Source: Wickerhamiella versatilis
Taxonomy: Eukaryota
DNA length: 64,000 bases
Reading direction: 5' to 3'
Assembly: GCA_030867685.1 (NCBI GenBank)
Contig: JAQOWU010000008.1
Location: 930,001 to 994,000 of the forward strand
Shown here: one piece after another, positions 22,116-33,270 of the stretch
Layout of the letters: each line of letters starts with the position of its first letter
How positions within the stretch are numbered: position 1 is the first letter of the stretch
The notes under the pieces: model-generated
Told to the model about the DNA's origin: nothing
Seen by the model: the letters and a program-made list of their open reading frames with translations, nothing else
The model's database searches: none
Translations under genes and position numbers: made by a program

Positions 22116-23266
22116 AAGGAATGACGAAGTCTGAGATGTTAGTGTTCTGTATGGATTTTAAAACAGGAGAAAACAGTCACAACCAATTCGAATAGGCACG
22201 AATGTGAGCGAAACTAGCAAGAATCAGAGGCGTCAAATTACAATGCAAGGCGCTACCTCCTATGATCACTCGAATATTGGGCGGTATGCGAATATACCCT
22301 AGCCCACACAAGCAAAACATAGGAAATATCCAGATCCCTTGGGCCTTAACAGGTGGCATGCATCGACTCAAATAAGGTTCAAGATCACATACCATAGCGA
22401 TAGGCATTGATACCCAAATCTCATAAGATTCCCGACGGCCAGTACCAGTCGAGCCCCATGGGAACCCCAAACGAGGGGTACGCAGCTGGAACTCACAGGC
22501 AACTAGGGGCCCCTCTCTCCATCACCATTGGAATAATAAGGTCAGTTAATACATGACGCAGGTAGACGAAGAAAGCTGAACCCTCGTAGAAAACCGAACC
22601 ATATGGTTCAGCCACCTCATAAGTGATTTAGACCCAAACAAGGGGGCACGAAACGACTCAGTGCATTGAAATTGGTGTGTACTGTTCTGTTAGTCCATCA
22701 AATACTTACTGATAAAAAAGGAAAGGAATAACCGTTAAGGTGTTATGTTGCGTGTAAGAGAGCGCTTGGGTCGACTCGCTTACTTTTTGTACTGTTGACT
22801 AATGTGGTTTTTTTTTGTATACTTGAGCCCTAACATCCAAGACCGCAGGGCATCTAAAAAAAATAGAAATTTCTTATAATTAAAATAGATCTATTCGAAA
22901 ATTAAAGTAGATGCGAACAGCTATTTCTGGTTATAAACCACGCAATTAGCTAGACTATGTTTCTGGACCCCCTTAAAAGAGTTGGGGTGGCGGGTATCAT
23001 TCTTAATCCGGCGGAGGCTGGTAAAGTTAGCAGACTAAGGATTGAATTTTAAAACTAAACAGCTCTATCATTTCATTCAAGCCCTCTGAGCTCCAGATGA
23101 GTGGCTTAACGCGGCCCCAACAACACAAGCCCTCGGTCGCGCCGCTGAGCCACACACGCTCTGGGATAGGGGAAGGGCTCTAAGCCCTAAGGCTGTCGAA
23201 TGTTAGTAAGGCACTCAAGCGAGGCCTGACAGTCTTGGTGCGATTTGTCAGTCAGATTATACGAGA

Positions 23267-23815
23267 ATGTCGTCGACTGAGATAGAGCAGGGTGCTGACG
23301 TTTCAGTTGTGCCTAAGTCCAACAAGCGCGCTATTAAGGCCCTGAAGGGTACTGGTGTCAAGAAAGTTGACGGTATAAACCGCGTGGTGTTGCGCAAGCG
23401 TGGTGGCATTTCTTTTGTAATTGAACAGCCTGAAGTTTACCGTACTCCTAACGGCTCCTACATTGTTCTTGGTGAGGCCCGTGTGCAGTCCCAGGATGTC
23501 GCCAAGCAGCTTGCCCAGTTGACTGGCCAGCAGCCCAACGCTGAGGACAGTGCTGCTGCCGAAGCTGCTTCCCAGGCCACCGGCACCAGTAAGTCTCCAG
23601 AGGCTATCACTGCTGACCTTGAGGCTGCTGCTGCCAAGAAGAAGGATGAGTCTGCTTCTGATGTTCCTGATGAGGAGGTCGACACCACCGGCCTTGACCA
23701 GGATAAACTTGACATGATCATGCAGCAGGCAAACTGCAACAAGAACCAGGCTGCCAAGGCATTGCGTGACCACGACGGTGACCTTGTGAATGCTCTTATG
23801 GCCCTGACCACTTAA
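23267..23815 (+). CDS. EGD2: Nascent polypeptide-associated complex alpha subunit
   Basis: NAC domain (GINRVVLRK..FVIEQPEVY..YIVLGEA) plus UBA (DGDLVNALMALT). Confidence 0.93.
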   Translation: MSSTEIEQGADVSVVPKSNKRAIKALKGTGVKKVDGINRVVLRKRGGISFVIEQPEVYRTPNGSYIVLGEARVQSQDVAKQLAQLTGQQPNAEDSAAAEAASQATGTSKSPEAITADLEAAAAKKKDESASDVPDEEVDTTGLDQDKLDMIMQQANCNKNQAAKALRDHDGDLVNALMALTT

Positions 23816-23972
23816 GAATAATTCGCTTGTATAATGAACGTTGTAAAGCGATGTTTCTCGCTCCTGCGTGCAGCCGTACAGTCCTCCTGAATTCAGTTAT
23901 GAACTGGGTTGCTATATCATCGCAGCATATTAGCTTTGTGTTAAGAAAAATGCTATAGGCAAAAAAGTAGGT

Positions 23973-24428
23973 CTAATCTTTAGGAACGGCAAACTTTTGC
24001 GTCCATTCTTTCGCGGTTGCGATAGCTTTCGCCTGGTTCTCCTTCCATTCGGAAGCTACATCGTTTGCAAGTGGGTCATCTGGATTAGGGGCGCTCAATA
24101 GAGCTTGGACAGACAATAGTGTTGTTCTGATCTGCTGTGCCGGGGACCATCGCTCTTTAAGGATGTCGAGACAGATGCGGCCAAGGCGATCTATGTTAGG
24201 GTGGTATATTCTAGTCAGAAAACGAAGACGTGGCGCCTCCATGGGGTAATCCTGCGGCAAGAACAGCTCCAGTTTGAACACGCCACCTTCGTACGGGGTA
24301 TCTATGGGACCGTCGAGTGTGACATCGAAGTAGCGGAGATTGTCGCTATGCGGCACTGCAGTAATTCCTGGTACAGGCTCTGAATTCAAACGCTGAGTCT
24401 CTTTCACAATTCGCTTGGGAAGAGACAT
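23973..24428 (-). CDS. UBC13: E2 ubiquitin-conjugating enzyme Ubc13
   Basis: [41 protein letters not shown]; intronless here. Confidence 0.93.
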   Translation of the reverse strand: MSLPKRIVKETQRLNSEPVPGITAVPHSDNLRYFDVTLDGPIDTPYEGGVFKLELFLPQDYPMEAPRLRFLTRIYHPNIDRLGRICLDILKERWSPAQQIRTTLLSVQALLSAPNPDDPLANDVASEWKENQAKAIATAKEWTQKFAVPKD

Positions 24429-24483
24429 ATCCACCACCCTCGCGCTACTCAGTGGGAGAGAGCCCGGATATGATTAGTGAGCA

Positions 24484-24765
24484 ATGGATATAGGACCGGG
24501 CAGTAACTCGGGCCCCACGGTTCGTGGACGGTTCTGGGCTGTGACACTGGGGGTGGTTATGGCTGCGGCAGCCACAATGTATATGATGAAGGATTTTCAG
24601 CTAGTAAGACGGCTTGATGATCCTAACGAGGAGCCCAAGAGACGCCCGTTCCGGGTGTCGTTTCAACCTAGCGAAAAGCTTGAGCTGAGACAGGAAGCCC
24701 AGGAACAGTTGGAATTGATGCGGCCAAAAATTCAGGAGAAAAAGGAGAAGAATGAAAGGAATTAG
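24484..24765 (+). CDS. Small single-TM hypothetical protein
   Basis: 93-aa ORF filling the gap; hydrophobic FWAVTLGVVMAAAATMYMM followed by a charged tail. Confidence 0.6.
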   Translation: MDIGPGSNSGPTVRGRFWAVTLGVVMAAAATMYMMKDFQLVRRLDDPNEEPKRRPFRVSFQPSEKLELRQEAQEQLELMRPKIQEKKEKNERN

Positions 24766-24984
24766 CTTATAAACGAACCATATTGCATTTGTACATACTG
24801 GAAGAATTTACGATATAGCGTCAGATTCTAGCTATAGGTAATTGACAAAAAATAGTCTTCTTTTGGAATAGATACTTTAGGAAGTCCTGCTTTTTTTTGT
24901 CTTGAGACAGGCGCTTAAGAGCAACCGTTCGTAGTGGCTCTCCGTCGAGGTTCGTGAGAGAAAAGAAAAAGATTAAATACCTCC

Positions 24985-26838
24985 TTACTTAGCTTCTTCC
25001 CCCTGGCTCTCCAGGAACTGCTTGTAGGCAACCAAGGCCTCCTCAACCTGCTCCTTCAGGGAAGCATCATCCTCCGCAAGAGCGAATAGATCATTGTTAT
25101 CCATATCAAGAAGCATACCCGTGATCTTTCCTGCGAGTTCATCATCGCTGTTGATTTCTGGCTGCACAAGGATCTTGGGGTATAGAGCTTCACCGATGAC
25201 CTGCTTCTGGGCCTCAGCTGGGACCCGGCTGACAATGTCACGAAGAGAGTCCTGGCTGGCGGGGGCACCGGCTGCGGCTGGAGCGGCGCCAGCTGGATAG
25301 CCAGCAGCTGGGGCCGGTGGGTAAGCACCCTTTCCTGCCTGCCATTGGCCCGCTGGAGCACCAGGTCGCTGTCCCAGCGGCGGCAAGCCTGCACCACGCG
25401 GCGGTATGATCATCTGGGGGTTGGCAGGGAAAGGCACCCTACCAGCGAATGGCATGGTCTGACCCGGGTACATGGCAAGAGGTGCACCCATGAATTGGCC
25501 AGGCAGTCCACCTGCAAGTCCTGCCTGCTGTTGCAACCGGAGCTGGTTGCGGGCATTCAGTTGCTGGCGCATCTGGGATTGACGCAGGTCCTTCCTCTGG
25601 GCAAGTGCAACATAGAGGGGCTTGTTGGCTACCATGTGCTGGTTCATCTCAGCAATTGCTCGGTTGGCTTCTTCTGGCGAAGAGTAGCACACGAAACCGA
25701 ATCCGCGCGACTTACCCTCATCGTCGGTCATTACTTTGACAGAAGTGATGCTGCCGAAAGGAGAGAAGATCTCACGGAGCTTTTCATCATCCACTGAATC
25801 GTCAAGGTTCTTCACGTAGAGGTTGATACCTTGGTACTTCGTAAGCTTCTCAAGACGGGCCTGCTCGTACTGCTTCTTGAGTTCAGACTGGCGCTCGAAC
25901 TTGTTCTGTGCACGGCCGACGTAGAGCTTCTTTCCACCCTCGACGTCCGTGTCATTAAGCTCCTCAACAGCCTTCTGAGCTGCCTCGTGTCCCTCGTAGT
26001 TAATGAACCCGAAGCCCTTGGACTTACCCTCGGCGTCAGTGGCCAAGAGGGCGCTAGTGATCTTACCGAACTTACCAAACAGCTCCTCCAGACCCTGCTG
26101 GTTGAGCGAGCGGTCCAAGTTCTTCACGTACACATTTGTGAACTTAGCCTTCTGAGCCTCGGCCTGGCTCTCGCGCTCATTGCGTGGCACGTGGTGGGCC
26201 ACATATACTGCACGGTCATTCAGAACCATACCATTCACAGTCTCAATGGCCTGGTCGGCGGCCTCTGGTGTAGCAAAGTGGATAAAGCCAAATCCCAGGC
26301 TCTGGCCCTGTGGGTTGGTCACAACCTTGCAGGACAGAATATCGCCAAAGGCATTGAAAGTGTCATGCAAAGCCTTGTTATCAATAGATGGGTCCAAGTT
26401 TTTAATGAAAATGTTGCCCTTGCCGCTCTTACGAACGCTTGGGTCACGCTGGGACCACATGATACGGCAAGGCCTACCCTTGATGATAGCGTAGTTCAAC
26501 TGATCGAGGGCCTTTCTGGCATCCTCTGGGTTGTGATAGTTGATGTACGCGTAGCCCAAACTCTCACGAGTGACAGCATCACGACAAACGCGAATGCTTG
26601 CCACAGATCCAATCGTGCTGAAAATTTCGAACAGAATGGCTTCTGTGACGCTGAGGTTCAGCTCGCCGACGTACAAAGAAGCATTCTGCATTGGCTGAGG
26701 TGCCGAAGGCTTCTCCTCACCATTTTGAGGTCCACTGGATGTAGCATCCGTAGCGGTGGCGGCGGGCTTATCCTCCACCTTAGTGGCCGAGTCCTTCAAA
26801 GACAACGACTCTAGGGCTTTCTCAGGAGCTTCTGACAT
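24985..26838 (-). CDS. PAB1: Poly(A)-binding protein
   Basis: Four RRMs (SLGYAYINY, KGFGFI, SRGFGFVCY) plus MLLE domain (KITGMLLDM). Confidence 0.98.
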   Translation of the reverse strand: MSEAPEKALESLSLKDSATKVEDKPAATATDATSSGPQNGEEKPSAPQPMQNASLYVGELNLSVTEAILFEIFSTIGSVASIRVCRDAVTRESLGYAYINYHNPEDARKALDQLNYAIIKGRPCRIMWSQRDPSVRKSGKGNIFIKNLDPSIDNKALHDTFNAFGDILSCKVVTNPQGQSLGFGFIHFATPEAADQAIETVNGMVLNDRAVYVAHHVPRNERESQAEAQKAKFTNVYVKNLDRSLNQQGLEELFGKFGKITSALLATDAEGKSKGFGFINYEGHEAAQKAVEELNDTDVEGGKKLYVGRAQNKFERQSELKKQYEQARLEKLTKYQGINLYVKNLDDSVDDEKLREIFSPFGSITSVKVMTDDEGKSRGFGFVCYSSPEEANRAIAEMNQHMVANKPLYVALAQRKDLRQSQMRQQLNARNQLRLQQQAGLAGGLPGQFMGAPLAMYPGQTMPFAGRVPFPANPQMIIPPRGAGLPPLGQRPGAPAGQWQAGKGAYPPAPAAGYPAGAAPAAAGAPASQDSLRDIVSRVPAEAQKQVIGEALYPKILVQPEINSDDELAGKITGMLLDMDNNDLFALAEDDASLKEQVEEALVAYKQFLESQGEEAK

Positions 26839-26949
26839 TTTTTTTTGAATTTTTTTTTGTTAGATTGTAATTACTTCTGCTCGCCGCCAAAGTAGTTGGA
26901 TTGGGTAAAGACCCTTTTTTTTTACGATTACTGAAGAGTTTTCGGCAGG

Positions 26950-26972
26950 GGTCACGTGACCGGGTAAGGGTT
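26950..26972. promoter_or_regulatory. Composite site: bHLH/Cbf1 palindrome, Reb1-type site and telobox-like motif in the PAB1 promoter
   Basis: Perfect palindrome GGTCACGTGACC (26950-26961) overlapping CCGGGTAA and GGGTAAGGGTT. Confidence 0.55.
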
Positions 26973-27204
26973 GTATCATGGGGACCTGTCAGAATATTAC
27001 TCAAAGACACGACAAGGTCGGCCTGTGGGAAAAAGATAAGGGCGAACATGTCGGGTACAATTAGTTAGCTACACACTAATGTGGGGGATCGAACAGATGT
27101 GATTTCTATTCTGGCTGCTCTGTGCAATTATTTTTCTCGATGCTCGCATGAATTATTTTATCCTGTAGAGAAGGCCACCTTGAAAGATCTATCTCGCAAG
27201 GTCA

Positions 27205-27966
27205 TTACCCCAGAGCTTCCTTCCATTTCTCGTAGGTTGGGGAGAGCCCCTGCAGTGAATAGCTGGCTGGTGGCTCCACGCATATGTGGACGTTGCGTAA
27301 AAGGTGGGGAGGAAATCCATTAGTGCAACCGTCAAACGTTACGAATGCCGTGGGTACTTCCACTGGCGGATTATTCTGATCAGTGAAGACTACCTGAAGT
27401 GTCTGGTCGCTGTCTTCTAAAACGAGCACCTCAAATTGTAGAGACAAGTTGCGCTCAATTGGTGTTTTCTCCATTATCGCTGCAATTTTCTGCCAATGTG
27501 CCCTGACCAGTCCCTGGTTTTGATGAATTGTAAGGCGGATGATGCGCTGGTCGATTGCCGCCCATTTAATGATATCTCTCACATAGCTGCAGAATAAGTC
27601 TCCTTTTTTTTCATATGGCAGGCTGACTGCTACGTGACTTACTTCGTCCGGTGCGCTAGAAGTAGCTTCAACTTCGTCCTCCTCGACCCCATTATCTTTA
27701 TCGGCTGAGAGTAAAGCCACTGCCTTTTCCAGGTAATTTTCAATACCAGTGAAATGGGGCAGAATTTCATACGAATTGGTCAAATTCCATGTCAAAGCTA
27801 AGAGATGGCGCCTCATAACAAATCTTTGGCCCTTGCCATCCAGCGCGCTCTTAAGGGCGCGATCAACATTTGTGCCCGGCATATTGAGTGCTCTACTGAC
27901 GCAGCCACTCCCAAACATTTTCGCTACATTCTTTAATTTCTCGGTTTTCACCTCTTCCATGGACAT
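27205..27966 (-). CDS. Divergent Nus1/NgBR-like cis-prenyltransferase subunit
   Basis: HVAVSL...IIKWAA...LTIHQNQGLVR and NGFPPHLLRNVHI resemble Nus1 motifs; no C-terminal RxG. Confidence 0.5.
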   Translation of the reverse strand: MSMEEVKTEKLKNVAKMFGSGCVSRALNMPGTNVDRALKSALDGKGQRFVMRRHLLALTWNLTNSYEILPHFTGIENYLEKAVALLSADKDNGVEEDEVEATSSAPDEVSHVAVSLPYEKKGDLFCSYVRDIIKWAAIDQRIIRLTIHQNQGLVRAHWQKIAAIMEKTPIERNLSLQFEVLVLEDSDQTLQVVFTDQNNPPVEVPTAFVTFDGCTNGFPPHLLRNVHICVEPPASYSLQGLSPTYEKWKEALG

Positions 27967-28239
27967 TGTATTAGTTTTGGTAGTTAGTACTGTGCGATAC
28001 TAATCGTGGTGGGGCGCGCCCCAGGTTCATATCTGGGTAAGGGTTTAATTAGAAGCATGACAAGATCAATGGCCTACTATATTGAGACACTTTTACTTTT
28101 TTGCAGTGTGGAGAAAGAAAAGAAAAAGGTGAGCAATGCTTTGTAGCCTTACGCCAACTTCGTTCAACTTCCGACCAACGGCACTTTGAGTTCATTGTTG
28201 TAATAGTAGTTATACCTTAAATTAATTCTACGTTGATGT

Positions 28240-31200
28240 TTACGTATGTTTTTTCTTCTCGTACATCGCTGCGAGAGTCTTTGAAGGCGGTAGGACTTTA
28301 GCAGGCCAAAATTGGCGCATGTACGACCAAAGATGTTTTTTACGCCGCGAGTCCGAGTTGTAATGCTGCTGTATAAAGTCACCAATCGCAATGAGATCAT
28401 GCTTCAATTCAGTCGAATACTGTTTACGGTCAATATTCTTTTCTCGGCCTCGTTTAAGATGATGAAGGGTTGTTTCTACAGGCTTCATCGTTTTACGGCA
28501 TTCGCCCTCATCCATACTATCATACTCGGCCTCAGCACCATCGGATGCTGATGGAGGGGGCGAAGCATTAGCCTTCGACGACTTCGATGATGCGGATGCT
28601 CGACTGGAATTTGCAGATTGTTTTGGGTCCTTCTCCTTCTTCGATTTCTTTGGACGCGGTGCTGGCGACGAATCCTTTTCTTTCTCCACCTTGCGCTTTC
28701 TGGCAGGTTTCGCAGGTTTTGCGGGCCGCTGGTGTGCCTCATCAGTGCCACCTTGCAATACACTTAAAAGATAGTCAACGCGCCGGCTTAAATGTACCGA
28801 GCTAGGGCTCAAGGCCTTTTTCTTCCCTTTACCCTGCTGCTCAGCAGGACCGCCAGGTTTATTTCCTGCGGCTTCTTCTATACCGGCTTTGGCCGCACGC
28901 TCCTCATCTTTCGTATCCAAAAACATCTTGTCACTGAGCTTCAACGTTGGATCATCCCTGATCAGAGACCAAGCACCATATCCATATCTTCGAACACCCA
29001 CAAGCAACTCTGAGTCTTCTTTATTGGTCCAAGGCACCGACCAGTCATTCACAGGCTTCAAATTTGCTGGGAATAGCCACCCCGGTTCATTCTGAGGCAC
29101 TTTTTCTCTCAGTAGCTGCATCTCAACAGGCCTATTCAGAACCAGCTCACCATTTACACCTTTAACTCCTCGAAACTCAAAAAGAATAGCCTTCTTTTCC
29201 ATTTTCTTGAGAAGTGCGGCCTCCTGGTTAGGATTCCCACCCGCAGCAGCCTTAGCCTCTTCGGCACGACGCTCATGCTCTCGAGTGACTTCTGCCCGTG
29301 AGCTGTCAACTAATTGCCGCCATGCTTGCTTGATTAATTCAGGCCGCCGACTTGGAACATTGCCTTCTTTGAAAAGCTTGGACCACTGCTTGTCGATATC
29401 ACCAAATCGGATAACCGCTCTATAGAGTGCACGTATTTCCTTTTCTGTGAGACCCTTAGGACCTCCCTTTTTCTTCGTGGCACCATCGTCGTCATCCTCA
29501 ACATCTGAGGCGTTTTGTGATGACTCGGTCGCTCGCACGGCCGCACGACGTTTCTGGGACATCTCAATCTGCTGATTTAGGAATTCCTCTTCCTTACGCT
29601 CTCTTTCCTCCTGTTTCAACACCTTCAACTCGTCCTCAGGGATGATCTCATCCCAGGTCACATCAGCCTTGTAGTCGGTGACTTCGAACTGCTTGAGGAA
29701 TTCCTCGCCACCCAGGTGACTCTCACCCAATTCTGGGGTTGTAACATGGTCCTCGGCATGATCAAGAACATCGTCTAGGTTCATGTTTTCCAGTTTCTTC
29801 TGGTTATTATTTGCCTGGAACATACTTGCTGCACCGAATTTCAAAATCTCACTGAGCTCGGTCGAGCTCGGCTCGTCCTTCTTGGAGTTTCGATTGTTAT
29901 CAGTTATACCCAACGAAATCACCGCATATTCCAAAATCATTTTCCGTCGTGCTCGTTCAAGAACCTGTTCCTCCACCGTGTCCCTAGACACAAATCGATA
30001 TATCATAACGTGCTTCTTCTGGCCGATCCTATGAGCACGGGCCATTGCCTGGAGATCAGCCTGTGGATTCCAGTCGCTGTCAAAAATAATAACAGTGTCG
30101 GCGGTCATCAAATTGATACCAAGCCCACCTGCACGGGTGGAAAGCAAAAATACGAAGTCAGGACTATCTGGAGAATTATAATGGTCAATTGCAACACGAC
30201 GCTGGGCTGCTGGGACTGTACCATCCAGCCGCTGATAAGCAAATCCTCGAATAGCCATATAGTCTGCCAATATATCAAGCATGCGCACCATTTGGCTAAA
30301 AATCAATACCCTATGTCCATCTCTTCGGAGCCTAGTGAGAAGCTTGTCGAGCAAGACCATTTTGCCGGAATTCATAATTAACCCGCGAAGAGTATCTTCC
30401 CGGGTAGGCTTCTTAGACAGCGCGACATCGAATTGGTGTTCGGCATTTGGGAACAAATATGGATGGTTCGATGCCTTCTTCAACTCAGACATCACATTCA
30501 GCAGACTCATTTTGCTGCCGGAGGCGGCACCTGCATTAAGGGCAGAATAATTATGAGAAATAATGTTTTTATAGTACTGCGTTTGCATATCACTCAGCTC
30601 CACTCGGAGAATCCGCTCGGTTTTAGAGGGCAAGCTCTTCTCCACATCCTTCTTCAACCGACGAAGGATAAATGGTTGCAAACGTTTGTGCAAATCACGG
30701 ATATACTCTTCCTGGACAGCATCGGGCTGTTCAAAATCTATTTCTTGATCAATGTGAAAATGACCAGGCATCAGGAAGTCCACAAGAGCAGCGAGTTCCT
30801 TGATGTTATTCTGGAGCGGCGTTCCTGTGATAAGCAATCGGTTGCCAACTTTGAACTCGCGAAGAGATTCGTAGAGAGCACTCTCACTGTTTTTCAAGCG
30901 ATGTGCTTCATCCACAGCGAGAAATTGCCAGCGAATGCTTCCCAACTCGTTGCGGTCTTTCAGGATATATTCGTAAGTTGTTACCAGTACGTTGAAGCGT
31001 GGACGCCTGTTTGCGGCGTTAGGATTTACCCAAAATTCGTGTTCCCGAATCGCCTCACGTGCTTTAGTGTTGCCAAAATACATGACTGTATTGAGGTCTG
31101 GAGCCCACGTTTCGAATGTCTCCTGCCATGATGGGACGGTTGACAGGGGCACGACGACAAGATGAGGGCCGTTTTGTTTTCTCCCATAAATTAGCCAGGA

Positions 31201-32322
31201 TAGGAAGGCCACCGTTTGTACAGTCTTACCAAGACCCATTTCGTCGGCCAATATTCCGTTCTCATTGCGAGACCACAAAAAGGCCATCCAGTTCACACCG
31301 GTTATTTGGAAGTCACGCAATTCACCCCCCTGAACGAAGTCTGGCTGCTCCTCCATCTTACGGAACTTTGGTCGGTTGTTTGAGGCATATGTGACCGAAT
31401 ACTGGGGAGATATACGGGAGTTCAGCCGGTTCTGGTAAGCCTCGACTTGTTTTGGTGCAATGCCTGCGATAACATCAGCACTTTCCCATGTGCACTGATC
31501 ATAATTAAGCCGTCGCCACTTAACCAAATAGTGTAAACTTGGAATGCCATTCTCTTCATCCGCACGACGTTCTGACAAAACTATACGCTCCACATTCTTA
31601 TACTCGTCGAGATTTTCGCGTACACGTTCGCGCTCAATGTCCATTGCCTCCAGGTCTTCTCCAGTTGTGGAAGGGTCGGAGCGGATTTCGTGGTCCAGTA
31701 CTATGGCCTGCTTGATGTAATTCTCCACACGTTTTGAGCCTTTGAATCCCGATAATGACGACCACTGTTCCCACGTATTGTGCAGATGCGATTTCCCAGC
31801 CCACTTGATCAGAAACTCGAAGTGGGCCTTCGGATTATCGATGAGCTCGTCCGGCTTGACATCTTCTTCATGTTTTATCGGCCGATGGTCCAGCACCGCG
31901 TCGATGGCAATGACAGGTCCAGTTTCCTCTGGTTCTGCAGCTGTATCCAGCAGCTGTAGACTCTCCTCACTTGTAAGATCGTCTGGATCATCCAAATCGT
32001 CATCTTCATCATCGCCGTCACTTTCGTCCGAATTCCAAACGTATGGGTTCGTCTTCTTTTTTCGCGACGTTGACCGACCCACAGGCTTTGGTTTCGTGAC
32101 ATTTGGCTTCGGCTGTGACTTCTTGCGGCTTGACTGATGTGCCGGCCGTCCGTATTCATCGTCTGTCGCGTCACTATCAAAGGGCTCACTCACCTCGCTA
32201 TCCGCAGGCCCATCATCGTTAAAATCACTCTCAGACGTGTTATACTGAGTTTGCGCATTTGAACGCTGGCTTCGACGCAACCCGTAAAGCTCTGGGTTGC
32301 TGTAGACCTCGTTGAAGTCCAT
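28240..32322 (-). CDS. CHD1: Chromodomain-helicase chromatin remodeler Chd1
   Basis: PELYGLRRS, double chromodomain, [25 protein letters not shown]-terminal DUF4208-like region. First ATG is at 32322. Confidence 0.97.
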   Translation of the reverse strand: MDFNEVYSNPELYGLRRSQRSNAQTQYNTSESDFNDDGPADSEVSEPFDSDATDDEYGRPAHQSSRKKSQPKPNVTKPKPVGRSTSRKKKTNPYVWNSDESDGDDEDDDLDDPDDLTSEESLQLLDTAAEPEETGPVIAIDAVLDHRPIKHEEDVKPDELIDNPKAHFEFLIKWAGKSHLHNTWEQWSSLSGFKGSKRVENYIKQAIVLDHEIRSDPSTTGEDLEAMDIERERVRENLDEYKNVERIVLSERRADEENGIPSLHYLVKWRRLNYDQCTWESADVIAGIAPKQVEAYQNRLNSRISPQYSVTYASNNRPKFRKMEEQPDFVQGGELRDFQITGVNWMAFLWSRNENGILADEMGLGKTVQTVAFLSWLIYGRKQNGPHLVVVPLSTVPSWQETFETWAPDLNTVMYFGNTKAREAIREHEFWVNPNAANRRPRFNVLVTTYEYILKDRNELGSIRWQFLAVDEAHRLKNSESALYESLREFKVGNRLLITGTPLQNNIKELAALVDFLMPGHFHIDQEIDFEQPDAVQEEYIRDLHKRLQPFILRRLKKDVEKSLPSKTERILRVELSDMQTQYYKNIISHNYSALNAGAASGSKMSLLNVMSELKKASNHPYLFPNAEHQFDVALSKKPTREDTLRGLIMNSGKMVLLDKLLTRLRRDGHRVLIFSQMVRMLDILADYMAIRGFAYQRLDGTVPAAQRRVAIDHYNSPDSPDFVFLLSTRAGGLGINLMTADTVIIFDSDWNPQADLQAMARAHRIGQKKHVMIYRFVSRDTVEEQVLERARRKMILEYAVISLGITDNNRNSKKDEPSSTELSEILKFGAASMFQANNNQKKLENMNLDDVLDHAEDHVTTPELGESHLGGEEFLKQFEVTDYKADVTWDEIIPEDELKVLKQEERERKEEEFLNQQIEMSQKRRAAVRATESSQNASDVEDDDDGATKKKGGPKGLTEKEIRALYRAVIRFGDIDKQWSKLFKEGNVPSRRPELIKQAWRQLVDSSRAEVTREHERRAEEAKAAAGGNPNQEAALLKKMEKKAILFEFRGVKGVNGELVLNRPVEMQLLREKVPQNEPGWLFPANLKPVNDWSVPWTNKEDSELLVGVRRYGYGAWSLIRDDPTLKLSDKMFLDTKDEERAAKAGIEEAAGNKPGGPAEQQGKGKKKALSPSSVHLSRRVDYLLSVLQGGTDEAHQRPAKPAKPARKRKVEKEKDSSPAPRPKKSKKEKDPKQSANSSRASASSKSSKANASPPPSASDGAEAEYDSMDEGECRKTMKPVETTLHHLKRGREKNIDRKQYSTELKHDLIAIGDFIQQHYNSDSRRKKHLWSYMRQFWPAKVLPPSKTLAAMYEKKKHT

Positions 32323-32479
32323 CAGGCAGCTTGAGTTTGGCGGCGCTGTCAGCAAATGGCAGGTCCACGGCCTCCCAGTAGGGAGAAAACCGCTGAACAA
32401 TTAGAAGGTAATGCTAAGTATACGTGCAAGATATATAAATAATACTCGAATTCCACAAAAGTAATTAGTGTCTAAATCA

Positions 32480-33270
32480 AATGCACACCCCAAAGATGTG
32501 CCCCCATCGACTGTCCAATCAGAGGCTTCAGATGCTCTGAGACATTCATAGGGAGTGATAGTGCTGGTGTCTATAGGGAAACTGGGCCAAACAGTTTCTC
32601 AGTGGCGGAAAACGAGCCATCAACAACAACCTGACAGGGGACGCCAGGAAATACAATGCCTAGCTGGCTGGTATGGCTCCCGTTGAAGCCAATCTCAAGC
32701 CAGAGCTATGACAACGAATTCTGAGACGACAAAGTGCGATCTTCTGTTATCTCTGTTACTGTATCCAGCATCACTTGAGTCAAGGGCCCGTCCCCACGTC
32801 CCAGGCCCTTGATTCCAAGATGGAGGCCACACCTCTTCTCTACAGGCTGCATGGTGTGGGCAAGAGGTTGTGGAAAGGCATAAACCTGGCGAGATGCTGA
32901 AAATAAACTGCCTTAGTTTCCCAGCACCCGTCCCGTCAGCATACAATACAGACAAGAGCCAGGCATCATTAAACCCCAAATCACAGCCTGGAACCACACC
33001 CTGGTGATGCCCAAAGGCCGACATTAAAGTCAGGCGGTCAGGTCATATTCAAATGCATTTCCAGACTGCACACAGAACTTGCAAAGTGATGCGTGTATTT
33101 ACAGAGAGCAAGAGGCATTGGCCTGGACCCCAACAAGCTCTAACCAGTGATAGACATCCCATGGATCCCACTAGCGACCACCTCCACAGAGGTATGCCAG
33201 CTAGACGCTTCGGTCCTGCCTTGCACGCTCCTTTATTTGCTAATTTGAGAAGTCAGCTTGGGGGAGAGGG
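32480..33270 (-). ncRNA. Candidate large structured ncRNA (telomerase RNA-like)
   Basis: Many nested inverted repeats including end-to-end pairing; no credible CDS. Most imperfect pairs read as G-U on the minus strand. See findings. Confidence 0.55.

Noticed and set aside
25831-26814. 327-aa antisense ORF over PAB1, and similar antisense ORFs over CHD1, the SUN gene, EGD2 and PGI1
   Set aside because: Expected shadow of biased codon usage in conserved genes; no recognisable motifs.
33051-33100. AAATGCAT/GTGTATTT helix as a template-boundary element
   Set aside because: It pairs well only on the plus strand (A-C mismatches on minus), so it does not support the minus-strand model.
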